A program made the translations under genes and the position numbers. Source: a candidate division WOR-3 bacterium (lineage in GTDB: Bacteria > Hydrothermota > Hydrothermia > UBA1063 > CAJXJZ01). Taken from it: a stretch of 64,000 nucleotides of DNA. Positions 30,570 to 40,251 of the stretch are shown piece by piece. Location: assembly GCA_027038175.1 (NCBI GenBank), contig JALVYB010000098.1, forward strand, positions 7,606-71,605, in the 5' to 3' direction. Every line of letters starts with the position of its first letter. Positions within the stretch are counted from its first letter, which is position 1. The notes below the pieces were generated by a model. It saw nothing but the letters and a program-made list of their open reading frames with translations. It ran no database searches and was not told where the DNA came from.

Positions 30570-31325
30570 TTATATATCGAGTTTTTTAGAAATCAATTTA
30601 CATGTTTCCACTATATCTTCCTCTATTTTAAGTGTAGCGTAATTATCTAAAGCTGTTTTTCCCTTTGTTATTATAACAAGTGGAGTGCCCCTTGTTACTC
30701 CATACATTGGTATATAACCTGCTGGAAACACGGCGAGTGTTGAGCCAATAACAATGATAAGGTCAGCTTCCTTTGCTGCCTTTTGTGCCCTTAAAAGAGC
30801 ATCCTCTGGTAAGGGTTCTTTAAAGAATACGAAATCCGGTCTCAATACTCCTCCACATTCACATTTTGCTATTTCTTTTTTCTTAATGAATTCCATTGCA
30901 TACTCAAGTGGATATTTTTTATTACACCTTATACATGTAAATGTTTTCATGGAACCATGAAGGTTGGCTACTCTGGTAGAACCTGCTTTTTCATGGAGCA
31001 TGTCGATGTTTTGTGTGGCAATAAGATTGATTTTACCCATGTCTTCAAGTTTCTTTAAACAGAGATGAGCATCGTTGGGCTTTGCGTTTACGAGGATAGG
31101 AGCGAGTTCAAACATCAAATTGTAAAGAATGGAGGGGTCTTTGTAGAATACGTCTATATCAAACACTATTTCCGGATATTTTGAGTATATTCCAGTTCCA
31201 CTTCTGAAATCAGGTATACCACTTTTGGTGCTTATGCCAGCACCTGTGAGTACGAATATTTTTCTGGATTTTTTTATGAGGTCTACAAGTTGTGCTATTT
31301 TTAGTTCGAACTGGGAATTATTCAT
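30570..31325 (-). CDS. cobB: NAD-dependent protein deacylase (sirtuin)
   Basis: GAGISTKSGIPDFRS, TQNIDMLHEKAG, HGS, CxxC/CxC zinc site, GSTL. Confidence 0.93.
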   Translation of the reverse strand: MNNSQFELKIAQLVDLIKKSRKIFVLTGAGISTKSGIPDFRSGTGIYSKYPEIVFDIDVFYKDPSILYNLMFELAPILVNAKPNDAHLCLKKLEDMGKINLIATQNIDMLHEKAGSTRVANLHGSMKTFTCIRCNKKYPLEYAMEFIKKKEIAKCECGGVLRPDFVFFKEPLPEDALLRAQKAAKEADLIIVIGSTLAVFPAGYIPMYGVTRGTPLVIITKGKTALDNYATLKIEEDIVETCKLISKKLDI

Positions 31326-31332
31326 GCTTAAT

Positions 31333-31374
31333 ATTATATTACTGGTTTATAAAACCAGCAAATTGTGTTATAAT
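31333..31374. promoter_or_regulatory. Back-to-back promoters with a central palindromic operator
   Basis: Plus strand TG-N-TATAAT 31366-74; minus strand TTGCTG-N17-TATAAT (31361-31333); inverted repeat CTGGTTT-ATA-AAACCAG 31342-58. Confidence 0.65.
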
Positions 31375-31380
31375 AATAGA

Positions 31381-32679
31381 ATGAGGCTTTTAGGTATAAG
31401 GAGGGAGACAAAAAATAAATGGGAGAGGCGAGTACCACTTGTGCCTCATGATGTGCATGAATTACGTAAGAGGCACAGAATAATGACTCTTATCGAGCCG
31501 TCAGAACTGAGAATTTTCCCGGAGGAAGAGTATGTAAAAAACGGAGCCAATGTGGTGGACAATCTGAGGGAGGCTCATTACATCTTTGGAGTGAAAGAAA
31601 TACCGCCGTCTTATTTCGAAGAAGGGAAAGTATACATGTTTTTCTCTCATACGATTAAGGGCCAGAAATACAATATGCCTATGCTCAAGAGAATGCTGGA
31701 ATTAAAAGATACTCTGATTGACTATGAACTTATCAAGGATGAAAATGGAAAGAGGCTTATTTTCTTCGGTTATCACGCAGGTCTTGCTGGTGCCATAGAT
31801 ACTCTCTGGGCATTTGGTCAGAGGCTTTTGAAGGAGGGGATAAAAACACCTTTTGCCCGTATTAAAAGGGCTTATGAGTATGGTAGAATGGATAAGGTAG
31901 AGATGCATCTTAAAGATATAGGGGAGCAGATAGAGGAAGAGGGCCTCCCTCCAGAGATATCTCCCCTTATAGTTGGCATTACCGGAAGGGGTAATGTTTC
32001 TCATGGCGTTCAAGATATAATAAAATTTTTCCCATATGAAGAGGTTGGTGCAAGGTGTATACCTGAGGTGCTAAAAGAAAAGAAGAACGATAGAATTTTT
32101 ATGGTGGTTTTTAAGCCCGAGGAGAGGGTCAAACACAGGTTTGGGGAAATATTTTCGAGAGAGGATTATTATGCCCATCCAGAGCAATATGTTTCAAGAA
32201 TGCCTGAGTATCTGCCACATCTAAACATACTGTTTAATGCCATTTACTGGGAGGAGCGTTTCCCCAAACTGGTAACTAAAGACCATATAAAGGAGCTCTT
32301 TGAAAAAGACAAGAATCCAAGGTTAAAGGTAATAGGGGATATAACCTGTGATATTGGAGGCTCAATAGAAATTACGGTGAAAGCAACAGACCCCGGAAAT
32401 CCATGTTTCGTATATAATCCTTACACAGACTCGATTGTTGATGGTGTTGAGGGTAATGGTGTTGTGGTTATGGCTGTGGATAATCTCCCGGCAGAATTAG
32501 CATACGATGCCTCAATATTTTTCAGTCATCAATTAAAGCCTTTTGTGCCATATATAGTAAGGGCAAACTATGATGTAAAGTTTAAAAGGCTCAACTTGCC
32601 CGATGAAATTAAAAATGCGGTGATAGTTTACAATGGCGAACTTACGCCGAATTATAAATATCTTGAAAAATACTTGTGA
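31381..32679 (+). CDS. Lysine-2-oxoglutarate reductase-like protein (AASS LKR domain, AlaDh/PNT fold)
   Basis: GIRRETKNKWERRVPLVP, GVKEIP, FFSHTIKGQ.YNMPML, LIDYE, DITCDIGGSIE, MAVDNLPAEL; start at 31381. Confidence 0.88.
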   Translation: MRLLGIRRETKNKWERRVPLVPHDVHELRKRHRIMTLIEPSELRIFPEEEYVKNGANVVDNLREAHYIFGVKEIPPSYFEEGKVYMFFSHTIKGQKYNMPMLKRMLELKDTLIDYELIKDENGKRLIFFGYHAGLAGAIDTLWAFGQRLLKEGIKTPFARIKRAYEYGRMDKVEMHLKDIGEQIEEEGLPPEISPLIVGITGRGNVSHGVQDIIKFFPYEEVGARCIPEVLKEKKNDRIFMVVFKPEERVKHRFGEIFSREDYYAHPEQYVSRMPEYLPHLNILFNAIYWEERFPKLVTKDHIKELFEKDKNPRLKVIGDITCDIGGSIEITVKATDPGNPCFVYNPYTDSIVDGVEGNGVVVMAVDNLPAELAYDASIFFSHQLKPFVPYIVRANYDVKFKRLNLPDEIKNAVIVYNGELTPNYKYLEKYL

Positions 32680-32697
32680 AAATAGGAGGCATTAAAA

Positions 32698-34002
32698 ATG
32701 GCTAAAAAAGTCCTGGTGCTCGGCGCCGGGATGGTAACAAAGCCCATGATAAGGTATTTTGCGGAGAAGACCGACTACTCCGTAATAGTGGCATCCAGAA
32801 CTCGCAAACATATAGATGAACTGATAAGTGGCTATGATAGAATAAAGGGTATAACATGGGAAGCACACAACTTAGATGGGCTCCGTGATCTCGTTAAAGA
32901 GGCTGATATAGTTCTGAGTTTCCTGCCGTATATATATCATATGGAGGTTGCCAGGCTGTGTGTGGAATATTCAAAACCCCTTGTTACAACCTCCTATGTA
33001 AAAGAGGAGATGGCAGCCCTTGATGAAGAGGCAAAAAAGAAAGGTATATTGCTTCTTAATGAGACAGGCCTTGATCCTGGCATAGACCATATGACTGCTC
33101 AGATGGTAATAGATACGGCTCACGAAAAAGGTGCAGAAGTTACGGAGTTCTATTCCTATTGCGGCGCTCTTCCTGCACCACAGTATGCCAACAATCCGCT
33201 TCATTATAAATTCTCCTGGAGCCCGGAGGGGGTGTTGAGAGCGGGGAATAATAGTGCAAAATATTTAAAAGAAGGAAAAATAGTTGAAGTTCCAAGTAAT
33301 GAACTCTTTTCCCACCGCTGGAGTGAGTATGTGGAGGGAGTGGGAGAACTTGAAGTGTATCCTAACAGGAACTCTCTTGTGTATATAGAGAAATATGGGA
33401 TAAGTGAGGTGCATACCATAATAAGGGGAACCTTTAGATATCCAGGGTGGTGTGAAACGCAGATTTATCTTAAGAAGTTACATCTTACAGAAGAGGGCAT
33501 AAAAGTACCTTCTGGGGTAAGAACGTGGAAAGAACTGATGGATGTTAAACTGAAAGAGGTGAATGAAGAGATTCCTTCTCACATTATAGACAAATTGAGG
33601 TGGCTTGGGCTTTTTGAGGGTAGAGAACTTCCATGTGTGGAGTGTACAATATTTGAAAATTTTGTTACCTTGCTTAAAGAGAAACTCTCTTATAGGGAAG
33701 GTGAAAAAGACCTTATCATTCTCAAGCACAGAATAGTGATTGAAGAAAAAGGAAAAAGAAAAGTACATACTGTAAAATTGGTGTCAGAAGGAGTGATTGG
33801 CAAAGAAACGGCTGTGGCCAAAACAGTTTCTCTTCCTGCAGCCATTGCAGCAGATTTAATTCTGAAAGGGGAAATAACCCTGAGCGGCGTATGGATTCCA
33901 ACTCATCCTGATATTTATACAAAGGTTTTGAGGGAACTTGAAAACGAAGGAATTAAGCCTGAATTGAAGGAGGAGGTACTTGAGAAGATAGGGGAGAAAT
34001 AA
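32698..34002 (+). CDS. Saccharopine dehydrogenase (glutamate-forming, Lys9/AASS SDH domain-like)
   Basis: LGAGMV, TTSYV, ETGLDPGIDHM, SYCGALP, NNPLHYKFSWSP, YPNRNS, RGTFRYPG. Confidence 0.92.
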   Translation: MAKKVLVLGAGMVTKPMIRYFAEKTDYSVIVASRTRKHIDELISGYDRIKGITWEAHNLDGLRDLVKEADIVLSFLPYIYHMEVARLCVEYSKPLVTTSYVKEEMAALDEEAKKKGILLLNETGLDPGIDHMTAQMVIDTAHEKGAEVTEFYSYCGALPAPQYANNPLHYKFSWSPEGVLRAGNNSAKYLKEGKIVEVPSNELFSHRWSEYVEGVGELEVYPNRNSLVYIEKYGISEVHTIIRGTFRYPGWCETQIYLKKLHLTEEGIKVPSGVRTWKELMDVKLKEVNEEIPSHIIDKLRWLGLFEGRELPCVECTIFENFVTLLKEKLSYREGEKDLIILKHRIVIEEKGKRKVHTVKLVSEGVIGKETAVAKTVSLPAAIAADLILKGEITLSGVWIPTHPDIYTKVLRELENEGIKPELKEEVLEKIGEK

Positions 34003-34011
34003 GGAGATTTT

Positions 34012-36072
34012 ATGGAGTTTAGAATAATTAAGCATCCCATACTTAAGGTAGAGGAGAGGAAGGATATTGCATTTTATTTTAATGGTAAGAAACTCTATGG
34101 TAAAGAGGGCGATACTATCGCAGCAGCACTCTTTGCAAACGGTATAAAGATATTTGGACATCATCCAAAAGATAACTCTCCTCAGGGGATTTTCTGTGCT
34201 AACGGACAGTGTGACCAGTGCCGGGTAATAGCCAACGGCAAGGTGGTAAAGTCATGTATGGTGCTTCTTGAAGATGGGATGGATATAAGAAGTCTCGATG
34301 GTTTGCCAGAGTTGCCGGAAACCGGTAAAATTGGAGAGTTCGAGCCTATAAAAGAGTACAAGTATACTGTCCTGATTGCAGGTGGTGGGCCAGCAGGACT
34401 TGCAGCGGCTAAAGAATTGGGAAAACGTGGGGTTAGAACGTTAATAGTGGACGATAAACATAAACTCGGTGGAAAGCTTGTATTGCAAACTCACAAATTC
34501 TTTGGTTCGGTTGAAGCATGTTATGCTGGTACAAGGGGTACAGAGATTGCAGAGATTATGGAGAAGGACATTAGGGAACTTGATAGTGTCGATGTCTGGC
34601 TTGGTTCCACTGTTATATGGCCTTTTTCGGATGGGAAAGTAGGGATTTTAAAAGACGGGAAGGAATACGTCCTTGTAGAACCGGATATTTTGCTTGTAGC
34701 AACAGGTGCGAGAGAGCGTTTCCTTGCTTTTCCAGGAAATACACTTCCAGGTGTGTATGGAGCAGGTGCACTTCAAACTCTTATAAATAGAGATCTTGTT
34801 CGGCCTTCAGAGAAAATTTTTATTATAGGTGGTGGAAATGTAGGACTTATTGCGGCCTATCACGCACTTCAGGCCGGGATTCAGGTTGTTGGGCTCTGCG
34901 AAATAATGCCTGAGGTCGGTGGATATGTAGTACATAAAGAAAAACTGCTGAAATTAGGTGTACCTGTGTATACCTCTCATACAGTACTCAAGGCAGAAGG
35001 CAAGGAGCATGTGGAGAGAGTCGTCATTGCACGGGTCGATGAGAATTTTAAACCCATAAAGGGTACAGAAAAGACCATTGAGTGTGACACAGTACTTGTG
35101 GCTGTGGGACTTGAGCCAATCAATGAATTTGCAGAAAGGGCAAAGGCCTTTGGGTATAAAGTTTTTGTTGCAGGTGACGCGGAAGAGATTGCAGAGGCAT
35201 CAAGTGCTATTTTCTCCGGACGTATTAGAGGTCTTGAGATACTAAAAGAACTTGGGCTTTATGAAGGTGAAATCCCCGAGGAGTTTTACAAAACTCAGGA
35301 AATTTTAAAATCAAGACCAGGTAAAAAATTCTATGAGGTTAAACTTCCTGAGAAGAAAGAGGGTGTTTACCCAGTTATTAACTGTGTTCAGGAAATTCCA
35401 TGTAATCCCTGTGAAGTTGTCTGTCCAAAAGATGCCATTAAAATAGGTGAGCCAATTACCAATGTTCCAGAGTATGTTGGTGGCTGCATAGGGTGTGAAA
35501 TCTGTGTTGCGAAATGTCCCGGCCTTGCCATCACTCTTGTTGACTGGAGAAAAGAAGACCCTATTGTCACTGTTCCCTTCGAGTTTGAGCCTGATGAGTA
35601 CTTCAAGGTAGGGGATATGGTGGAGGTTACAGATAGATTTGGTAACCTCCTTGGAAAGGCAGAGGTTATAAGGATAAGAAGAAGAACGGTTTCAAAGGGA
35701 ACACATATAGTAAAACTGAAAGCAAGCAGGGGTATAGCAGAAAAGATAGCGGGGATAAGGATTCAAACTCCACCGGAACCCATTGAGCTGCAATTTGATG
35801 AGAGTGAATATATTCCAGATGATGCAATTATATGCAGGTGTGAAAGAGTGAAGGCAGGAGAGATAAGAAAACTTATAAGAGAGGGTGTGAGGGACATGAA
35901 CGAAATCAAAGCCCTAACCCGTGCCGGTATGGGTGCCTGTGGTGGGAAAACCTGCACATCGTTAATAAAACGAATATTCCGTGAAGAGGGAGTTACTGAT
36001 TTTGAATCCTTTACTAAAAGACCTCTATTTATAGAAGTCCCTGTAAAAGACCTTTCCGGACTGAAGGAGTAA
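34012..36072 (+). CDS. Sarcosine oxidase/proline dehydrogenase/opine oxidase alpha-type flavoprotein fused with ferredoxin and BFD-like [2Fe-2S] domains
   Basis: CANGQCDQC; GGGPAG and GGGNVG; CVQEIPCNPCEVVCP and CIGCEICVAKCP; CRCE...GMGACGGKTC. Confidence 0.85.
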   Translation: MEFRIIKHPILKVEERKDIAFYFNGKKLYGKEGDTIAAALFANGIKIFGHHPKDNSPQGIFCANGQCDQCRVIANGKVVKSCMVLLEDGMDIRSLDGLPELPETGKIGEFEPIKEYKYTVLIAGGGPAGLAAAKELGKRGVRTLIVDDKHKLGGKLVLQTHKFFGSVEACYAGTRGTEIAEIMEKDIRELDSVDVWLGSTVIWPFSDGKVGILKDGKEYVLVEPDILLVATGARERFLAFPGNTLPGVYGAGALQTLINRDLVRPSEKIFIIGGGNVGLIAAYHALQAGIQVVGLCEIMPEVGGYVVHKEKLLKLGVPVYTSHTVLKAEGKEHVERVVIARVDENFKPIKGTEKTIECDTVLVAVGLEPINEFAERAKAFGYKVFVAGDAEEIAEASSAIFSGRIRGLEILKELGLYEGEIPEEFYKTQEILKSRPGKKFYEVKLPEKKEGVYPVINCVQEIPCNPCEVVCPKDAIKIGEPITNVPEYVGGCIGCEICVAKCPGLAITLVDWRKEDPIVTVPFEFEPDEYFKVGDMVEVTDRFGNLLGKAEVIRIRRRTVSKGTHIVKLKASRGIAEKIAGIRIQTPPEPIELQFDESEYIPDDAIICRCERVKAGEIRKLIREGVRDMNEIKALTRAGMGACGGKTCTSLIKRIFREEGVTDFESFTKRPLFIEVPVKDLSGLKE

Positions 36073-36075
36073 AGG

Positions 36076-37221
36076 ATGAAGAAGTATGATTTTATAATTA
36101 TTGGAGCAGGGAGCGTAGGAGTGCCTCTCTCCTACTACCTTTCAAAGAGCGGTGCAAAGGTACTTGTGCTTGAAAGAAAAAAGAGTGTTGGTCAGGGGTC
36201 AAATAAGGCTGCAATCGGAGGAATAAGGGCTACCCACTCCAATCCTGCGAAAATAATTGTGGGTAAAAAGAGCCTTGAGATTTTTGAAAAATGGCAAAAA
36301 GAGCATGAGATAGAATGGTATAAGGGAGGGTACTCCTTTGTTGCCTATGATGAAGAGATTCACAAAAGCCTTAAAAACCTCGTGAGTTTTCAAAAGAGTC
36401 TCGGTCTTGATATAGAGTATCTTGAAAGGGATGCACTTGTGGAAAAAATACCTTCTATAAATCCTGAGGGTCTTCTGGGAGGCACCTATTCTCCCGGGGA
36501 TGGTTCTGCCTCTCCTCTTCTGACAGTTAACTCTTTTTACAGAGAAGCCGTTAAACTTGGTGCAGAGTTTGTCTTTGATAGCGAAGTTGAAGGATTTGAT
36601 ATATTTGATGGGAGTATAAAAGAGGTCAAAACTGCAGAAAATACGTATAGAGGGGATATAGTGGTTAATGCAGCAGGTGGATGGGCAAACAACTTGCAGA
36701 ATCTCGCAGGAGAAAGTATCCCTGTAAAACCAGATGTGCATGAGGCTGGTATCACAGAACCTGTGAAACATTTTATAAACCCCATGATAGTGGATATAAG
36801 GAAAACTTCAGATTCTGCCAATTTCTATTTTTATCAACACAAGACAGGTCAGGTAATTTTCTGTCTTACTCCAAAGGAACCAAGATGGGGATTTAACATA
36901 AATGAAACGTCAACATTTCTGCCAATAGCAACCAGAAGAATGATTGAACTTGTTCCAAGACTTAAGAACATCAGGGTAAGGAGAACGTGGGCTGGTATCT
37001 ATCCGATGACGCCGGATGGTAACCCTGTGGTGGGATTCAGTAAAAAAGTAAAAAATCTTTTTATACTTGGTGGTATGTGTGGACAGGGCTTTATGCTGGG
37101 ACCGGGCCTTGGATATTACCTCTCCTCTTATTTTGGAGGTGAAAAGAGCGAGGAGATAGATGTTATATTGAAAGAGTTTAATCCCTATCGTTCCTTTGAA
37201 AGCACGGAAGTACTCAAATAA
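36076..37221 (+). CDS. DAO-family FAD oxidoreductase (sarcosine oxidase/proline dehydrogenase beta-like)
   Basis: IIGAGSVG, VVNAAGGW, RTWAGIYPMTPDGNPVVG, GQGFMLGPG. Confidence 0.88.
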   Translation: MKKYDFIIIGAGSVGVPLSYYLSKSGAKVLVLERKKSVGQGSNKAAIGGIRATHSNPAKIIVGKKSLEIFEKWQKEHEIEWYKGGYSFVAYDEEIHKSLKNLVSFQKSLGLDIEYLERDALVEKIPSINPEGLLGGTYSPGDGSASPLLTVNSFYREAVKLGAEFVFDSEVEGFDIFDGSIKEVKTAENTYRGDIVVNAAGGWANNLQNLAGESIPVKPDVHEAGITEPVKHFINPMIVDIRKTSDSANFYFYQHKTGQVIFCLTPKEPRWGFNINETSTFLPIATRRMIELVPRLKNIRVRRTWAGIYPMTPDGNPVVGFSKKVKNLFILGGMCGQGFMLGPGLGYYLSSYFGGEKSEEIDVILKEFNPYRSFESTEVLK

Positions 37222-38384
37222 TGAAGGTTCTTGTTGCTACTACCTCCTATCCCCGAAAGAAAGGGGATACAGCAGGAATATTTGTACACAAACTCGCTAA
37301 ATCCATTAAAGACAGAGGAGCCGAAGTTTTCGTTATGGCCCCCTCATGCGGAATGGATGATGAAGAAAGAGAGATTGAAGGCATAAAGGTCCACAGGTTC
37401 AGGTATTTTTTTATAAAAAAATGGGAAATACTGTTTTGCAGAGGTGGTGGAGCCGTTCCAGCACTCACAAAAAAACCATATTTACATTTGCTGCTCCCTT
37501 TCGCACTTTTGTCTTATACCATTTCTATTTTAAAAAGAGCAAAAGATGCAGATGTTATACAGGCTGAGTGGTCTATATCGGGATTTGCATCGATACCTTC
37601 AAAAATTTTACTCAGAAAAAAGGTTGTGGTGTCACTTCTTGGTAGTGATATGATGAAGGCGAAAGGTTCACCTGTTTATAGATGGATTACCAGAATTACT
37701 TTTAAATTCGCTGATGCTATAACTTCTGTAAGTAAAAGAATGGTTGATGAGGCAATTTCAATAGGCGCAGACCCTGAAAGGGTGAGGTTTATCCCCTATG
37801 GAACAGATGAAAAGTTTCTCAATATCACTCCAGCGGAGTTCAAAAAGCCTTACAACCTTTTGTATGTGGGTAATCTCATTCCTCTTAAAAGAGTTCATGT
37901 CGCAATTAAGGCTCTTTCAGAACTCCCTGAAGATTTCAGGTTATACATAGTGGGAGATGGACCACAGAGAAAAGAACTAAAAGTACTTGCAAACACTCTT
38001 GGGGTTGGGCACAGGGTTTATTTTGAGGGAAGGGTTCCTCATGAAGAAATTCCGTCATATCTTTCGAGGTCTCATGCTTTACTCCTTCTAAGTGAATCTG
38101 AAGGAAGACCCAATGTGGTGCTTGAGGCGCTTGCAGCAGGTGTTCCAGTTGTTGCCTCGGATATCCCGGGCAATAGAGAACTCGTTGTCAATTCAGAAAA
38201 TGGTATCCTTGTGCCTGTAGATGACCATAAGAGTGTCGTAGGGGCCATAATCTCTCTTTTTCAAGATGAAGAAAAATGGAAGGCAATGAGTAAGAGGGCC
38301 AAGGAATTCGTAAGAAGAGAGAGGCTTTTATGGAAATTTACAGCAGAGGACCACATAAACCTATATTCTGAACTTTTACGTTAA
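37221..38384 (+). CDS. Glycosyltransferase family 4
   Basis: TTSYPR...AGIFV, VGNLIPLKRV, SEGRPNVVLEALAAG. Confidence 0.9.
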   Translation: MKVLVATTSYPRKKGDTAGIFVHKLAKSIKDRGAEVFVMAPSCGMDDEEREIEGIKVHRFRYFFIKKWEILFCRGGGAVPALTKKPYLHLLLPFALLSYTISILKRAKDADVIQAEWSISGFASIPSKILLRKKVVVSLLGSDMMKAKGSPVYRWITRITFKFADAITSVSKRMVDEAISIGADPERVRFIPYGTDEKFLNITPAEFKKPYNLLYVGNLIPLKRVHVAIKALSELPEDFRLYIVGDGPQRKELKVLANTLGVGHRVYFEGRVPHEEIPSYLSRSHALLLLSESEGRPNVVLEALAAGVPVVASDIPGNRELVVNSENGILVPVDDHKSVVGAIISLFQDEEKWKAMSKRAKEFVRRERLLWKFTAEDHINLYSELLR

Positions 38385-39373
38385 AAATCGTTTCCGTTTT
38401 CAGGAAGTTGCAATTCTTCCAGAACTTCTTCTTCCTCTTTTGATGGAAATAGATACCATTTTGAGCCCAAAATAAAGCCCACGAGACTGCCAAATATGTA
38501 TCTTAAGGCATGGGTTATAAAAGCATAGGTAAGTCCAAGTTCTTTTGGCAGTCCGTATGCGTAAAATGCAAGGAGTGTCGCATATTCAAATACGCCAAAA
38601 TACCCAGGACCAGAGGGTATGGAGACACCTATATTCACGGCTACCATTACAAATAAAGCAAGCGACATGGGGCCTCTATATCCTATCGCTTTAAGGAAAT
38701 AAAAATAACTGTAAAATTCTACTGTCCAGGATAAAATAGAGAGTCCAACAATGTAGACTGTGTTCTTAGCATCTCCAAGGAAATGGAGTGCGGAGATGAT
38801 TTTTCTAACCTGTTTTGCTATTTTTGAGTTACAGTTCTTGTATCTGTGCTCATGTACTATATAAATTACAAAAAATATAAGCACTGCTAAAAGAATTCCA
38901 CCTGTCAGGTACAGGATGGCTTCTTTCATGGACTCTGGAACTTCTTTAAATAACCATCTCCCGAGAAACGCCCCGAGTAGTATAACAAGACCATCAAGTA
39001 TTCTTTCTATAATAAGAGAACTAAGGGCTGTTGTTACAGGTACATTTTCTCTGTGCTTCATCGCCACAGAGCGCCAGAGGTCACCAAGCCTTGCAGGGAG
39101 AATATTGTTGCCAAGAATATCTACGAATAAAGCAGCAATGCATGACATCACGGATACTTTTTTCACAGGTTTTAGCATTAATTTCCATCTAAAACCTCTT
39201 ATAGCGTTGGCTACGAGAAATAAAAGCACACCCCAGAAGGTAAAGTATAGATTGAAGTTTTTTAAAGTGGCCCAGACGTCCTTAAAGTCAATTTCCTTAA
39301 AGGTGAAGTATAAAAACACGCCGCTTATCAGAAAACCACCTATCTTTATAATATTTTTCTTTTTTACCTTCAT
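38381..39373 (-). CDS. UPF0104 / lysylphosphatidylglycerol synthase TM-domain protein (putative flippase)
   Basis: RGFRW, GNNILPARLGD, ERILDG, PSGPGYFGVFE. Confidence 0.85.
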   Translation of the reverse strand: MKVKKKNIIKIGGFLISGVFLYFTFKEIDFKDVWATLKNFNLYFTFWGVLLFLVANAIRGFRWKLMLKPVKKVSVMSCIAALFVDILGNNILPARLGDLWRSVAMKHRENVPVTTALSSLIIERILDGLVILLGAFLGRWLFKEVPESMKEAILYLTGGILLAVLIFFVIYIVHEHRYKNCNSKIAKQVRKIISALHFLGDAKNTVYIVGLSILSWTVEFYSYFYFLKAIGYRGPMSLALFVMVAVNIGVSIPSGPGYFGVFEYATLLAFYAYGLPKELGLTYAFITHALRYIFGSLVGFILGSKWYLFPSKEEEEVLEELQLPENGNDF

Positions 39374-40251
39374 TATGCCCTCGGGTGAGTGTTTTTGTAT
39401 TTTTCTATTATGCTTTTGAATGATGTGTTGACGTATATGCTTGTGGTGCTTATGGATGAATGTCCCAGAAGTTCCTGAATGATACGAATGTCAGCACCGT
39501 TATTCAAAAGGTGTGTAGCGAAGGAATGTCTCAGCGTGTGAGGGTGTACTCCGTATTTCATGGCGATTTTTTCAAAGGTGGAGTTTATTATATACCATAC
39601 CTCTCTTCTTGAGAGTTTCCTCTTTCGGTTGGAAATAAAGAGGTATTTTAATGTGTCTTTTCTCGTTGAGAGGTAATCTTTTAGCGTTTTCTCAGTTTTT
39701 TCTCCAAAGATAACTATTCTTGTCTTTTTCCCTTTTCCCACTACTCTGATTGTTCGTTCACCGAAATCTATGTCCTCAAGGGTTATATTGGACAGTTCAG
39801 ATGCTCTGAGTCCTGTTGAATAGAAAAGGTCAATTATGGCTTTATTTCTTATCTCAAGTGGTTTTACCGGATGCCACTCATCGAGTATCTTTGCTAACTG
39901 GCGCTCTGAGAGAACGTCAGGAAGTCTTTCAGGAAGTTTTGGATTTTTAATGCCTTCTGGTGGGAATTCGTTTATCTTACCGCTATTTATACAGTATCTA
40001 TAAAAACTCCGTATGGCTGACAGTTTCCTTGATATTGAACGGGGATGCATTGAACCCCTAATAAGAAACTCAATAAAGTTACGTATATCGTTGCGTTTTA
40101 CTTTTAGTAGGTTACTTTTTCCAAATGTGTATTTTATAAATTCTTTAAATTGAATGAGGTCCTTTTTATAGGAGTTTATCGTATTTTCAGAATAGCCACG
40201 TTCACTTCTCAAGTGATTAAGAAAGTCATCTAAAGCATCGTCTCTTTCCAC
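39373..40251 (-). CDS. xerC: Tyrosine recombinase XerC
   Basis: TGLRASEL, GKGKKTR, HTLRHSFATHLL, LGHSSISTTSIY; downstream of trmFO. Confidence 0.88.
   Translation of the reverse strand: MERDDALDDFLNHLRSERGYSENTINSYKKDLIQFKEFIKYTFGKSNLLKVKRNDIRNFIEFLIRGSMHPRSISRKLSAIRSFYRYCINSGKINEFPPEGIKNPKLPERLPDVLSERQLAKILDEWHPVKPLEIRNKAIIDLFYSTGLRASELSNITLEDIDFGERTIRVVGKGKKTRIVIFGEKTEKTLKDYLSTRKDTLKYLFISNRKRKLSRREVWYIINSTFEKIAMKYGVHPHTLRHSFATHLLNNGADIRIIQELLGHSSISTTSIYVNTSFKSIIEKYKNTHPRA

Noticed and set aside
28796..31325. Sirtuin plus PolX as a Sir2-type anti-phage system
   Set aside because: The sirtuin is a canonical zinc-binding CobB deacylase rather than a ThsA/DSR-like NADase, and PolX is canonical
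31225..31380. Extended N-termini given by the ORF track for LKR (31225), Prx (11504), purA (57430), the permease (25263) and TlpA (10248)
   Set aside because: The extensions overlap promoters or neighbouring genes; homology and RBS or -10 positions support later starts
39373..40251. Tyrosine recombinase as a prophage or island integrase
   Set aside because: XerC-like sequence in housekeeping trmFO-xerC context, with no att sites or phage genes
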